DNA of 64,000 nt from Candidatus Flemingiibacterium sp. (GCA_045636145.1 JAZTWV010000047.1:11101-75100); one strand, 5' to 3'; shown: positions 37,927 through 46,991, numbered from the stretch's first letter. Translations and numbers: made by a program. The notes: generated by a model not told the origin, from the letters alone.

Positions 37927-39414
37927 TCATTTCCCGTGATACAGGCTGTTTACCTGATAGCGCGGCTCACAAGTGAGGTTTACGCCAAGCTTCTTGAACG
38001 TCTTTGCATCTATTTCCGCCAGAATAACGGAGGAATGCACCTCGCAGCCTGCAAGCTTGTCAAGCTGCTCCAGCGATCTTGCCGCAAGAGGAGATGTGGC
38101 GGCGCAAATGGAGAGGACTATCAGCACCTCATCGGTGTGAAGTCTCGGGTTGCGGTTGTGGAGATAGTCAACTTTAAGATGCTGTACCGGCTCAATAATT
38201 GATGGTGGAATAAGCTGAACGTCATCGTCTATATCCGCAAGCTTTTTTAAGGCATTGAGAAGCAGTGCCGCAGATGCGCCAAGCAGGGAGGATGTCTTGC
38301 CCGTTACAATAGTGCCGTCGGGAAGCTCGATTGCCGCGGCGGGGGAATTTGTAGCTTCCGCTTTTTTGTTTGCGGCATCAATTACAGGGCGGACGGCAGG
38401 TGAAAGGTTCGCCTGCTTCATTAAAATGTCCAGCTTGTGCACCGTGTCGCCGGTTGCCATGTTTTCTTTCTGATCGCACAGAGCGGTGTAGTATCTGCGC
38501 ACGATTTCACGGTAGGATGCCTCGCAGACCGCATCGTTGTCGATAATACAGTTTCCAACCATGTTAACGCCCATATCTGTTGGGGATTTGTAGGGCGAAG
38601 CACCGAAAATACGCTTGAACATTGCATCAACCACGGGGAAAATCTCAACGTCGCGGTTGTAGTTGACGGCGGTCTTTCCGTAGGCTTCAAGGTGGAACGG
38701 GTCGATCATATTTATATCGTTAAGGTCGGCAGTAGCCGCCTCGTATGCCATGTTTACAGGGTGCTTCAGCGGTATATTCCATATGGGGAAGGTTTCAAAC
38801 TTTGCATATCCGGCTTTTATGCCGCGCTTGTTCTCATGATAGAGCTGAGAGAGGCATACAGCCATTTTTCCGCTTCCCGGACCGGGTGCGGTGACTACAA
38901 CAAGGCGTCTGGTGGTCTCAACAAAGTCATTTTTACCGTATCCGCTGTCACTGACGATGGTTTCAACGTTATAGGGGTATCCGTCGATGGAATAATGGTG
39001 ATACACCTTTATTCCAAGCTCCAGGAGCTTGTTTTCGAACTTTACGGCGTTGCTTTGGGAGTCAAAACGGGTGAGAACCACGCTTCCGACATACAGACCG
39101 ATACTTCCGAAAGCGTCGATAAGGCGGAGCACGTCAAGATCGTATGTGATACCGAGATCGCCTCTTACCTTGTTCTTTTCGATATCGTCTGCACTTATGG
39201 CGATTACAATTTCGGCGTCATCCTTTAATTGGAGAAGCATTTGCAGCTTACTGTCAGGGCGGAATCCCGGAAGTACGCGGGATGCATGATAATCGTCAAA
39301 CAGCTTGCCTCCGAATTCAAGATACAGCTTGCCTCCGAATTGAGCTATGCGCTCACGTATATGCTTTGACTGCATTTCAAGATATTTGTCGTTATCAAAA
39401 CCTATCCTTGCCAT
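37927..39414 (-). CDS. UPF0371/DUF1846 family protein
   Basis: 495 aa. IGFDNDKYLEMQSKHIRERI...KLYLEFGGKLFDDYHASRVLPGF is the characteristic N-terminus of this family. Confidence 0.8.
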   Translation of the reverse strand: MARIGFDNDKYLEMQSKHIRERIAQFGGKLYLEFGGKLFDDYHASRVLPGFRPDSKLQMLLQLKDDAEIVIAISADDIEKNKVRGDLGITYDLDVLRLIDAFGSIGLYVGSVVLTRFDSQSNAVKFENKLLELGIKVYHHYSIDGYPYNVETIVSDSGYGKNDFVETTRRLVVVTAPGPGSGKMAVCLSQLYHENKRGIKAGYAKFETFPIWNIPLKHPVNMAYEAATADLNDINMIDPFHLEAYGKTAVNYNRDVEIFPVVDAMFKRIFGASPYKSPTDMGVNMVGNCIIDNDAVCEASYREIVRRYYTALCDQKENMATGDTVHKLDILMKQANLSPAVRPVIDAANKKAEATNSPAAAIELPDGTIVTGKTSSLLGASAALLLNALKKLADIDDDVQLIPPSIIEPVQHLKVDYLHNRNPRLHTDEVLIVLSICAATSPLAARSLEQLDKLAGCEVHSSVILAEIDAKTFKKLGVNLTCEPRYQVNSLYHGK

Positions 39415-39524
39415 GTATCGGTCCCCCCGTCAATAAAACTCACATATTATTATATCACATCTTAAGTTCTTTTTCAACACAATTTTGAAAAAAATGCAAA
39501 TTTATCTGGGGCGTCACCGAAGCC

Positions 39525-39553
39525 TTGACATATCTATTTGTTTGTGATATACT
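39525..39553 (+). promoter_or_regulatory. Promoter TTGACA-17-TATACT upstream of the radical SAM gene
   Basis: TTGACA at 39525-39530, TATACT at 39548-39553. Confidence 0.55.
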
Positions 39554-39609
39554 TTACTATAGATATTTATGCTCGAAAATGAGCTTTTTTATATGGAGTA
39601 ACTAATATT

Positions 39610-41166
39610 ATGGAACTGAAAAATCTAAACGGACGTGGAGCTCGTATGCTCCTTGTTTATCCCGATTATACGGACCGTGACTGCCAGAGAAGAGTCAGCG
39701 GCGGAAATTACAGTGAGGGACTTGCCTCCATTTCCGCTGTTCTTAAAGAGGGCGGACACCATGTGGAGCTTCTGCATCTTCTGAATCTTCACACCGAGGC
39801 GGATTACAAAAGCCGCCTTGCGGAAAAATCCGAAAACGGTGAATTTGATATTATCGGCTTTTCCATCCGTACCACGGCGTTTCCGGACTGTGTGGACTAT
39901 ATAAAGTGGACAAAGGAGCTTTATCCCAATGCACTTGTAGTCTGCGGAAGCTATCACTGCACGCTTGTACCCGATGAGGTTATGGCGGTTGACGGCGTGG
40001 ACTGCGTATGCGTTGGTGACGGCGAGTATGCGGAGCTTGAGCTGTGCGACAAGATGCGCGACGGCGAGGATTATACGGGTGTTGAGAGCCTTTACTTTAA
40101 AATGCCCGACGGAAGCGTAAAAAAGAATCCCATCCGTCCCCTTTTTGCCGATCTTGACCGCATTCCAATACCGGACTTTGATCTTTTTGATTACGACAAT
40201 CTGGAATCCTCCAAGGTTGGCACGGCTATAGTTGTTGTCAGCCGCGGATGCTTCTATAACTGCACCTACTGCGGAAACGGCAACTTCCGCAAGGTGTATC
40301 CCAACAAAAAGATATACGCTCGCTTCCGCTCACCAGAAAATGCCATACTTTATTTAAAAACATTGCTTAGCAAGCATCCTCAGATCAAGTTTATCAACTT
40401 CCGTGATGCCATATTCAATATGTTCCCCGATTGGTTCGACAAATTCATTGATATGTACACAAAAGAGATAGGTCTTCCGTGTACGGGCAACATACGCTTT
40501 GACATTCTTACCGAGGAAACGGTTAAAAAGATGAAAGCGGCAGGATTCTATACCATTGATATGGGGCTTGAGAGCGGCGACCCCGAAATGCGCTTCAAAT
40601 ATCTCCGCCGCTATCAGACGGATGAGATGATAATACGCTGTTCCGGATGGTTCCACAAGTACGGCATAGCACAGCTTACCTACAACATAATCGGTCTGCC
40701 CTTTGAGGATATTCATCGTGCGCTTAAAACTATAAAGCTCAACGCGCGTATCAAGAGCGACCGCACCATACCGAATATTTTTTACCCCTATGAGGGTACG
40801 GCTCTTTACGAGATATCCAAGGAGGCAGGATTTATACCCGAAGGCGACCTTACAAAGCGCCGTGTGCCGCTCGTACAGCCGCAGTTCCCTGAGGAGCAGG
40901 TGCTTTTCATTGAAGCGTATTTCATGCACTTCGTGAAGCGCTACAAACGTGCCTATGCCATGCCTGAGTGGCTTGGCAAACCCTATGAGCGGTGGCTTGA
41001 CAAGCGCGTTACGGGCAAACACGTGCCCTACAAGCTTCTTGTGAAGCTTCACGATATTTACGCGGCAGGACGCAACAGGCTGAAAGACTTTCTTGTAAAC
41101 AAGATGCCGAAGGTGTATGTGAAGCTTCGTATGCTTAAGCATCACAAGAGAGCAAAGGTAAAGTAA
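39610..41166 (+). CDS. B12-binding domain-containing radical SAM protein
   Basis: 518 aa. N-terminal cobalamin-binding-like domain and SRGCFYNCTYCGN (CxxxCxxC) radical SAM cluster motif. Confidence 0.85.
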   Translation: MELKNLNGRGARMLLVYPDYTDRDCQRRVSGGNYSEGLASISAVLKEGGHHVELLHLLNLHTEADYKSRLAEKSENGEFDIIGFSIRTTAFPDCVDYIKWTKELYPNALVVCGSYHCTLVPDEVMAVDGVDCVCVGDGEYAELELCDKMRDGEDYTGVESLYFKMPDGSVKKNPIRPLFADLDRIPIPDFDLFDYDNLESSKVGTAIVVVSRGCFYNCTYCGNGNFRKVYPNKKIYARFRSPENAILYLKTLLSKHPQIKFINFRDAIFNMFPDWFDKFIDMYTKEIGLPCTGNIRFDILTEETVKKMKAAGFYTIDMGLESGDPEMRFKYLRRYQTDEMIIRCSGWFHKYGIAQLTYNIIGLPFEDIHRALKTIKLNARIKSDRTIPNIFYPYEGTALYEISKEAGFIPEGDLTKRRVPLVQPQFPEEQVLFIEAYFMHFVKRYKRAYAMPEWLGKPYERWLDKRVTGKHVPYKLLVKLHDIYAAGRNRLKDFLVNKMPKVYVKLRMLKHHKRAKVK

Positions 41167-41179
41167 AAGGAGAATAAGA

Positions 41180-41356
41180 ATGGCACATTATATAGACAGA
41201 GAAAAGTGCATATGCTGTGCAACCTGCGATGTGGAATGTCCGTTCCATGCGGTAATAATCAGTCCGGAGGGAAAGTTCAGCATTGACGAGGAAAAATGCC
41301 GCGACTGCAAAAAGTGCGCCGAGGCGTGCCCCATGGACGCTATAAGCAAAAAATAA
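41180..41356 (+). CDS. Small 2x[4Fe-4S] ferredoxin (58 aa, below the ORF-track cutoff)
   Basis: Own translation: MAHYIDREKCICCATCDVECPFHAVIISPEGKFSIDEEKCRDCKKCAEACPMDAISKK. It has two CxxCxxCxxxCP motifs. SD AAAGGAG lies 8 nt upstream, and the start is 13 nt after the radical SAM stop. Confidence 0.75.
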   Translation: MAHYIDREKCICCATCDVECPFHAVIISPEGKFSIDEEKCRDCKKCAEACPMDAISKK

Positions 41357-41379
41357 GCGCGGCGGATAAAAAAATGACA

Positions 41380-41445
41380 AAATCCCCTTAGAGGAAGCTT
41401 GAAAACATAAAGACAAGCTTCTTTCAGGGGGATTTGCTGTTTTGC
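41380..41445 (+). terminator. Long imperfect hairpin plus T-rich tract after the ferredoxin gene
   Basis: AAATCCCCTTAGAGGAAGCTTG...CAAGCTTCTTTCAGGGGGATTT, then GCTGTTTTG. Confidence 0.55.
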
Positions 41446-41473
41446 AGACTTTTTTGGGGCGTGATTCGCGCTT

Positions 41474-41553
41474 CCGTAGGGCAGGGGCTTGCTCCTGCCG
41501 TTTGTGTAGATGAAAGTGATATTAGACGGCGGGAGTAACCCCCCGCCCTACGG
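41474..41553. repeat. REP-like inverted doublet, copy C (units in the opposite relative order)
   Basis: Arms are CCGTAGGGCAGGGGCTTGCTCCTGCCG (41474-41500) and CGGCGGGAGTAACCCCCCGCCCTACGG (41527-41553). They lie between the convergent ferredoxin and SLH genes. Confidence 0.8.
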
Positions 41554-41673
41554 TGTGGAGAGGTGTAATCTTTTTTTCGGGTATTTGACGTGCCCATGGA
41601 TGCGGATACATATCCGCACATTGCGAATAAAAAAGATGCGGTACGCCGCTGGCGTACCGCATCTGAGGATGAA

Positions 41674-44457
41674 TTATTCTACAGTAAAGTCAGAGGTGAA
41701 TTTCACGCCGTTTACCTTGAAGCTGAGTCTGTAGCTGCCTGCCTCAAGAGTTGTGCCGGTGGTTATCTCAAAGGAGAAGGTATCGGTGTCAAGGAGAGCG
41801 GTCTCAAAGCCTTCGCTGTCAACTGTGGTGTACTCCTTGGTGTCGGCATCGTACAGCTTCAGTGAGGTGAACTCATAGGAGTCAGCACTGCGGAGATCCT
41901 CTGCCGCCGCCACGGTGATCTTGCCCTCTGCATATTCTGCGGTGAAGGTTGCATCGCCGAGAAGGATAACAGACTTAACAGCGCCGTTTTCGGTAATTAC
42001 CTCAACGTTACCCATGAATACGTCCTTGATAGAGAGGCTGTCAACAGTCTCGTCGTTGTTAAGAACGGTAAACTTAACGCCGCTTGCAAGCTTGTAGGTC
42101 TCGCCGCCTACTGTTATAGTAGTGGGAGTGTAGCCGGATACGATACCGCTTGCTACCTCAGCCGCAGTGGTGGAGATAAGACCGTCAATGCCGGTGAGAT
42201 AATTTGTACCCTCTGCAAGCTCAGCGCTTCTTGACTTCATGGTTTCAATCTTGCCGGTGGAGAGATCAAGTACGATGTAGAGGTTGTAAACAGTGCCGTC
42301 AACAAGCTCCTTGCCTGCATGGCGGATTACCTTTACAGCGGTAGATGCAGAGTCTACACTGCCGAGGCTTCCGTCAGAAATATACATGTAGCGGAGAGTT
42401 TCAACAGAGCCTACCTCGTTGTCGAAAATTGCGGTTACGGATGCGCCGTCATTTATGGTAATTGTTGAAGTGTATGCGCCTGTTACCTTTGTAAAGGTGT
42501 CGCCGATCTTCACGATTATCACGGTATTGTCATTCATGACAAACTTAACGGACGATGCGCCGTCCGCAGTTGAGATAAGGGATTCTGCGCTTCCTGCGGA
42601 GATGGTGTGATAGGATGTGCCGGAGGTTACGGTGCTGGAGCTTGCCTCGTCTATAGCGAACGCGATCTCATCGTTGCGGCTGCTTGACTGAACGAACTTG
42701 TCATCGCCGGAAACGATGGTGCCGCCGCTTACAGTACGGGGGATAAGGGTGTACTCACCCTCTGCATCAACGGTGTAGCGATATACTTCACCGGGAGTTA
42801 CGGTGCGGTTGGAAACCATGATGGTCTCCTCCTTGCCGTCGATTACAGCTTCCATTACATAACCAAACTTGCCGTCGGCGAATACGGGAGTGGTCTCGCT
42901 CTCTGCAATAAGGTACTTGGAGGGAGCCTTTACAGTGGTAGAAGAGGTTTCTACCGCGAGTATCTGATCTCCGTATACTACAATGCTTACGGTTTCACCT
43001 ACGCCAAGCTGTGCATAGATGTCCTCGGCATCAATACCAAGCATCTCGTTTCCGAGAGTGTAGCGAGTGCCGCCGATGGTAGCGGTAGTTCTTGTGAGGC
43101 GTGTAACCTTTGCAGGATCACTTACGGGAAGGACAGCCGCGATTTCAAGAGTTTCGTTGCCCTCATTGAAGTAGTAGAGAACATAATCGCCGCTCTGGGC
43201 CTTGTGGGGATTGATTACGGTAAGCTCTTCTTCCTCGATGCCGCCTGCAATGTTTATCTCGCCGTCCTCGATTTCAAGCATATCGAAAGCGAAGGGCTTT
43301 ATGATAAGACGGCTTGCGGTGGTGCTTTCCTTAGAGTCAAAGATAAGATGTGCGTCGAATGCTCCGGTGAGCTCGGAAAGGTCTTCGTTTGTTGTAATCT
43401 GAACGAGGGTATCATCATCTGCGTGTGCATAAACGAGAAGCTCGTTGGAGTTGGTGGACAGTGCATCGGAAAGCTCCTCAACTACCTGATACTTAACTCC
43501 CTCGATGAGTACATACTCATAGTCCTCGTCAACCTCAATCTTTTCTGCCGCAACGCTCTTGCCAAGCTCGGTGCAGCCGATAACGCTTACAAGACCGGAC
43601 TTGTCGTCGCGCTTGTAAACAAGCTTATAGCTTCTGCCGAGGTGCGCATCTGCGTCGCCCTCAAGCTCAAGCTCGTCATACTTTACGGTAATAAGACCGT
43701 CATCGGTATGAACTGTGATGTAGCCTTCCTTGGTAACGGAAGAAACGCCTTCAAGTGCGTAGCTGTTGGTTGCAACAATAACGCTTTCGCTTATCTCGTA
43801 ACCAAATACACGCTCTGCAATGGTGGTGGACTCATAGAATGTAGAGCCGTTAGCCGCGGTTTTGGGGATGAGGTACTCTGCGGTTACAGCGTTGTAAAGA
43901 AGTCCCGCGATTTCCGCACGGGTGAGCACCTTGGTGTAATCAACATCCTCCATACCGTCGTCAAGCCCAAGCTTAAGCGCGGTGTCGATGTAGGTCCAAG
44001 GATAGCCTGCATTCATTTTTGCGGTGTCGTGACCGAGTGCACGCACCAGCATGGTCATGGCATCCTGCATGGTGATTCCCTCGGTAGGCTCGAATGTGGT
44101 TGCGGATGTACCGAGGATGTAGCCGGAAGCGTTTGCCCAGGAGATAGCACCGTGGTAGGTGTCGTCGTAGAGGTCGGTGAACGCAGTAGAGTTGATTCTG
44201 CCTGCGCTGTCCTTGCCGATCATAAGTCTGAACAGAAGCATTGCCATCTGCTCACGGGTAACTTTTTCATCGGGTGAAAATTCGGTGTCGCTTGTACCCT
44301 TAATGACTCCTATATCGGAAAGGATCTCGATCTGCTCAGCGTAGCGGTCACTAGGTGTAATATCATCGTAGGACTTCGCCTGAGCGCCGGTCATAAGTGC
44401 GGTCACTATCATGAGTGTCGCAAGAGAGCCGGACATGATTCTTTTGAGATTTCTCAT
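41674..44457 (-). CDS. SLH-domain cell-surface (S-layer-type) protein
   Basis: 927 aa. Signal peptide (…TGAQA), then three N-terminal SLH repeats (e.g. FSPDEKVTREQMAMLLFRLM, ...TMQDAMTMLVRAL, ...LTRAEIAGLLYNA). The rest is a long Thr/Val/Gly-rich beta-type region. Confidence 0.8.
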   Translation of the reverse strand: MRNLKRIMSGSLATLMIVTALMTGAQAKSYDDITPSDRYAEQIEILSDIGVIKGTSDTEFSPDEKVTREQMAMLLFRLMIGKDSAGRINSTAFTDLYDDTYHGAISWANASGYILGTSATTFEPTEGITMQDAMTMLVRALGHDTAKMNAGYPWTYIDTALKLGLDDGMEDVDYTKVLTRAEIAGLLYNAVTAEYLIPKTAANGSTFYESTTIAERVFGYEISESVIVATNSYALEGVSSVTKEGYITVHTDDGLITVKYDELELEGDADAHLGRSYKLVYKRDDKSGLVSVIGCTELGKSVAAEKIEVDEDYEYVLIEGVKYQVVEELSDALSTNSNELLVYAHADDDTLVQITTNEDLSELTGAFDAHLIFDSKESTTASRLIIKPFAFDMLEIEDGEINIAGGIEEEELTVINPHKAQSGDYVLYYFNEGNETLEIAAVLPVSDPAKVTRLTRTTATIGGTRYTLGNEMLGIDAEDIYAQLGVGETVSIVVYGDQILAVETSSTTVKAPSKYLIAESETTPVFADGKFGYVMEAVIDGKEETIMVSNRTVTPGEVYRYTVDAEGEYTLIPRTVSGGTIVSGDDKFVQSSSRNDEIAFAIDEASSSTVTSGTSYHTISAGSAESLISTADGASSVKFVMNDNTVIIVKIGDTFTKVTGAYTSTITINDGASVTAIFDNEVGSVETLRYMYISDGSLGSVDSASTAVKVIRHAGKELVDGTVYNLYIVLDLSTGKIETMKSRSAELAEGTNYLTGIDGLISTTAAEVASGIVSGYTPTTITVGGETYKLASGVKFTVLNNDETVDSLSIKDVFMGNVEVITENGAVKSVILLGDATFTAEYAEGKITVAAAEDLRSADSYEFTSLKLYDADTKEYTTVDSEGFETALLDTDTFSFEITTGTTLEAGSYRLSFKVNGVKFTSDFTVE

Positions 44458-44536
44458 AGTCTTGGATATCCTCCATATATTTATGATTCACAGACGAGCC
44501 GCATCCGTTTGTCAGATGCCCTCGCCGTGTGAATAT

Positions 44537-44565
44537 ATGATAACATACGGCAGGCGAGAAATCAA
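44537..44565 (-). promoter_or_regulatory. Promoter of the SLH gene TTGATT-17-TATCAT
   Basis: Minus strand: TTGATT at 44565-44560, TATCAT at 44542-44537. The approx. 75-nt leader begins with a stem (ATTCACA...TGTGAAT) and ends in SD GGAGG. Confidence 0.55.
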
Positions 44566-44599
44566 GATTTTTGGTGCATATGTTATAAAACTGTCATTG

Positions 44600-44624
44600 T
44601 TATTTATAGAAAATCTATAAATAA
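44600..44624. promoter_or_regulatory. Perfect 25-bp palindrome TTATTTATAGA-aaa-TCTATAAATAA
   Basis: 11-bp perfect arms with a 3-bp centre, 35-60 bp upstream of the SLH -35 box. Confidence 0.4.
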
Positions 44625-44663
44625 TGAATAATTTTCCAATCCTCCAGATAATACTTGATAGAG

Positions 44664-44706
44664 TATGAAAAATATCCCCACGCAGTCATATCATGCGTGG
44701 GGATAT
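44664..44706 (-). terminator. Terminator of the membrane protein/SGNH/lipoprotein operon
   Basis: ATATCCCCACGCA-gtcatatca-TGCGTGGGGATAT, with a U-run in the minus transcript. Confidence 0.75.
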
Positions 44707-44727
44707 TGATATATTTATGAATTCCGA

Positions 44728-45249
44728 TCATTCGGGAAGTTCCGTTTTGCCAAGAAGATAGTTTTCAACTGCGTCGAACACATCGTCCTTTACGTCCTCG
44801 GAGAGTATGCAGTACATTACATACTGCCCCATTATCTTAACGGTTGCCGACTGAAGCTTAGGCTTCTCCTCGGGCATATATTCTTCCATCCAGGTATCAA
44901 GACGCATGGCGAGATATCCGCCAACGGTGTCCTTGACACCTGTCACAGCCTCTTCGGATGGGGCTTTGAATATGCCGTATTCGTCGATGTTTATTCCGCT
45001 TGACTGAATTTTTACTACATGACCGCCGGAGTTTGACAGGTCAATTTTCATCATACCTTCGATATAATCGTCGGGGACGGCAGTCATACTGCTTCCTTCG
45101 GGAAGTGCGGCATCAGCCACAGCCGCAAGCTCGGAGGGAGCGATAGAATTGCTGTAATGAACGGTCTCTGTACCGCAGGATGCAGTGAGTACGCATCCGA
45201 GAGCAAGGGTTATTACAAAAACAAAGGATAAAAATCTTTTTTGTGACAT
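44728..45249 (-). CDS. Small lipoprotein (possibly DUF4358-like)
   Basis: Start at ATG 45247-45249 after GAAAGGA. MSQKRFLSFVFVITLALGCVLTASCG is a lipobox signal. The family assignment is only from memory of size and architecture. Confidence 0.5.
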   Translation of the reverse strand: MSQKRFLSFVFVITLALGCVLTASCGTETVHYSNSIAPSELAAVADAALPEGSSMTAVPDDYIEGMMKIDLSNSGGHVVKIQSSGINIDEYGIFKAPSEEAVTGVKDTVGGYLAMRLDTWMEEYMPEEKPKLQSATVKIMGQYVMYCILSEDVKDDVFDAVENYLLGKTELPE

Positions 45250-45271
45250 TTTTCCAGATCCTTTCAAAAAA

Positions 45272-46270
45272 TTATTCGGTTATATATGCGTGTGTGCGAA
45301 GATTGTCAAGCTCAAGTGTAAATGATGTTGAATTGAGGTGCATTCCGTCGCCGTTGTGATACTCCTCCGGAAGCCACCCTTCGGAATCACAGAGCACGGA
45401 ATAGGTGTCCACAAATTTAACGCCCGTCTCGTTTGCCACTTCAACAATCCAATGGTTAGCGGCGCGTATCTTATCATTGTTTATCGAATTAAGATGTTCA
45501 TAGGTGCGTGCCACGGGGAACATGGACTGACAGATTATTTTGGTGTCCGGGCTTGCTTCGGCAATGCTTGTAAGCATTTTTTTGTATTCGGACTTGAAAT
45601 ATTCCTCATCCATAAATGAAACACCGTTAACACCAAGGGTTATTACAAGGTATTCCGGCTGTTTTGCTGCGGCGGCTTCCTTAATGGTAAGCTCAGCACC
45701 CGTTTCTGGATAAACGATTTTTGCAAAAGAAACCTGAGAGAGGGTCAGTGTACCGCTTGCAGGAGTCCACACCTGAGTTGTATCACGTCCGCCCTCAAGC
45801 ATTTTGTAGGCGCGCAGTCCGTATGTGGTGGAGTCGCCGAGAAATACGATTTTACCGATATAGTCCGGTCCTGCATCATCTGTTGAGCCAAGAACCGTGT
45901 CCGGATACTCCGAAAGGAATTTTTCCCACTCATCGGTGGAATTTTTTGTGGGTTCAGCTACCGGAGTGTAGTCGGCAGGAGCCACAGTCACCGCCGGAGA
46001 TGTAACAACGGGTGCGGTATCGTGGGTATCAACGCTTTCCGTCTGTACATCAGAAACTGCCGCTGTGTCAGCCGCAGTTTCGGCGGAATCTTCATCATTT
46101 CCGGCACCGTGCTCCGCGAAGAGCGGAGTCGTATCGGCGGTAGTTTCGTCCGCACCTGTGGCGTGGCGTATTGTAGATACCGACACGAGAATTATGAGCG
46201 CGGCTATAATTACGAATATTATTCCCGCGGCGGCTTTATACATGAGTCCTTCATTGTTGCTGGTGTTCAC
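45272..46270 (-). CDS. SGNH/GDSL hydrolase family protein, membrane anchored
   Basis: 332 aa. TM anchor and an acidic/Thr-rich linker. Block I FLGDSTTYG, block III GVNG, block V DGMHLN. Confidence 0.75.
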   Translation of the reverse strand: MNTSNNEGLMYKAAAGIIFVIIAALIILVSVSTIRHATGADETTADTTPLFAEHGAGNDEDSAETAADTAAVSDVQTESVDTHDTAPVVTSPAVTVAPADYTPVAEPTKNSTDEWEKFLSEYPDTVLGSTDDAGPDYIGKIVFLGDSTTYGLRAYKMLEGGRDTTQVWTPASGTLTLSQVSFAKIVYPETGAELTIKEAAAAKQPEYLVITLGVNGVSFMDEEYFKSEYKKMLTSIAEASPDTKIICQSMFPVARTYEHLNSINNDKIRAANHWIVEVANETGVKFVDTYSVLCDSEGWLPEEYHNGDGMHLNSTSFTLELDNLRTHAYITE

Positions 46271-46302
46271 TTTTTATGTTCCTCCGATATGGGTTGGTAA
46301 TC

Positions 46303-46761
46303 TTATTTACTGTAATGGTTCCCGAATTTAGCCTCGTATTCAAGCTCTTCTGTAGCGCGGTTTTTCTTGATACTGTGTACTATCAGAGCAATAAATGCGA
46401 TGATAAGATACAGAACCGCGAAGATGAGAGAGCGGACAATTATCTGCGATATATCGGTATACACACCGGGGATTATGATAGCCACAATTGCCCATACAAA
46501 AAGGCATCCGAGAAAATGAAAAAGCAGTCGCAGGGACAGAGAATAGTCAAGCCGCCATACGAGATTCAGTGCGGCAACGGCGATACAGGCGAGAAAAATA
46601 AGTGCCGCCGAGCCGAGACTTAAAAATTTTCCGGCAGTGCCGCCGTTTGTGGGAGCGAGCTGATTAAATGCTGTGGCAATTATGAGAATGATAAATTCCG
46701 ATGCGGTAAAGTACAGGCAAGCACTGTACAGGATCTGTTTAAGCTTTTTCAATATGTTCAT
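46303..46761 (-). CDS. Small integral membrane protein (4 TM), function unknown
   Basis: 152-aa hydrophobic ORF with SD AAAAGGAA. First gene of a three-gene minus-strand operon. Confidence 0.5.
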   Translation of the reverse strand: MNILKKLKQILYSACLYFTASEFIILIIATAFNQLAPTNGGTAGKFLSLGSAALIFLACIAVAALNLVWRLDYSLSLRLLFHFLGCLFVWAIVAIIIPGVYTDISQIIVRSLIFAVLYLIIAFIALIVHSIKKNRATEELEYEAKFGNHYSK

Positions 46762-46808
46762 GCATAATTTCCTTTTTGATCGTTTACGTAAAATTACCCG
46801 TATTGTAT

Positions 46809-46837
46809 ATCATACCACTTTACTTAAGATTTTTCAA
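46809..46837 (-). promoter_or_regulatory. Promoter TTGAAA-17-TATGAT of the membrane protein operon
   Basis: Minus strand: TTGAAA at 46837-46832, TATGAT at 46814-46809. Confidence 0.5.
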
Positions 46838-46896
46838 CCTCACGCAGAAAATATTTATAAATCCGTAATCGTTTCATAACAATTTAGGTGCTTTTT

Positions 46897-46921
46897 GGTC
46901 GAAAAAACTCGATTTGTCGGC
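46897..46921 (-). promoter_or_regulatory. 0A-box-like operator related to 7300-7327
   Basis: The minus strand reads GCCGACAAATCGAGTTTTTTCGACC, against TTCGACAAATTTCGAAGCTTTTTCGACC at 7300-7327. It lies 59 nt upstream of the -35 box. Confidence 0.45.
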
Positions 46922-46933
46922 TCATTCGCGAAA

Positions 46934-46958
46934 TCGGTGAAAATAAGTAAAAAATATT
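46934..46958. repeat. 25-nt AT-rich motif, copy 2 of 2
   Basis: TCGGTGAAAATAAGTAAAAAATATT, against TCGGTAAAATAAGTAAAAAAATATT at 8987-9011. Confidence 0.5.
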
Positions 46959-46991
46959 CGCTGGGATGATGCATAAATTTGCGTATAATGA

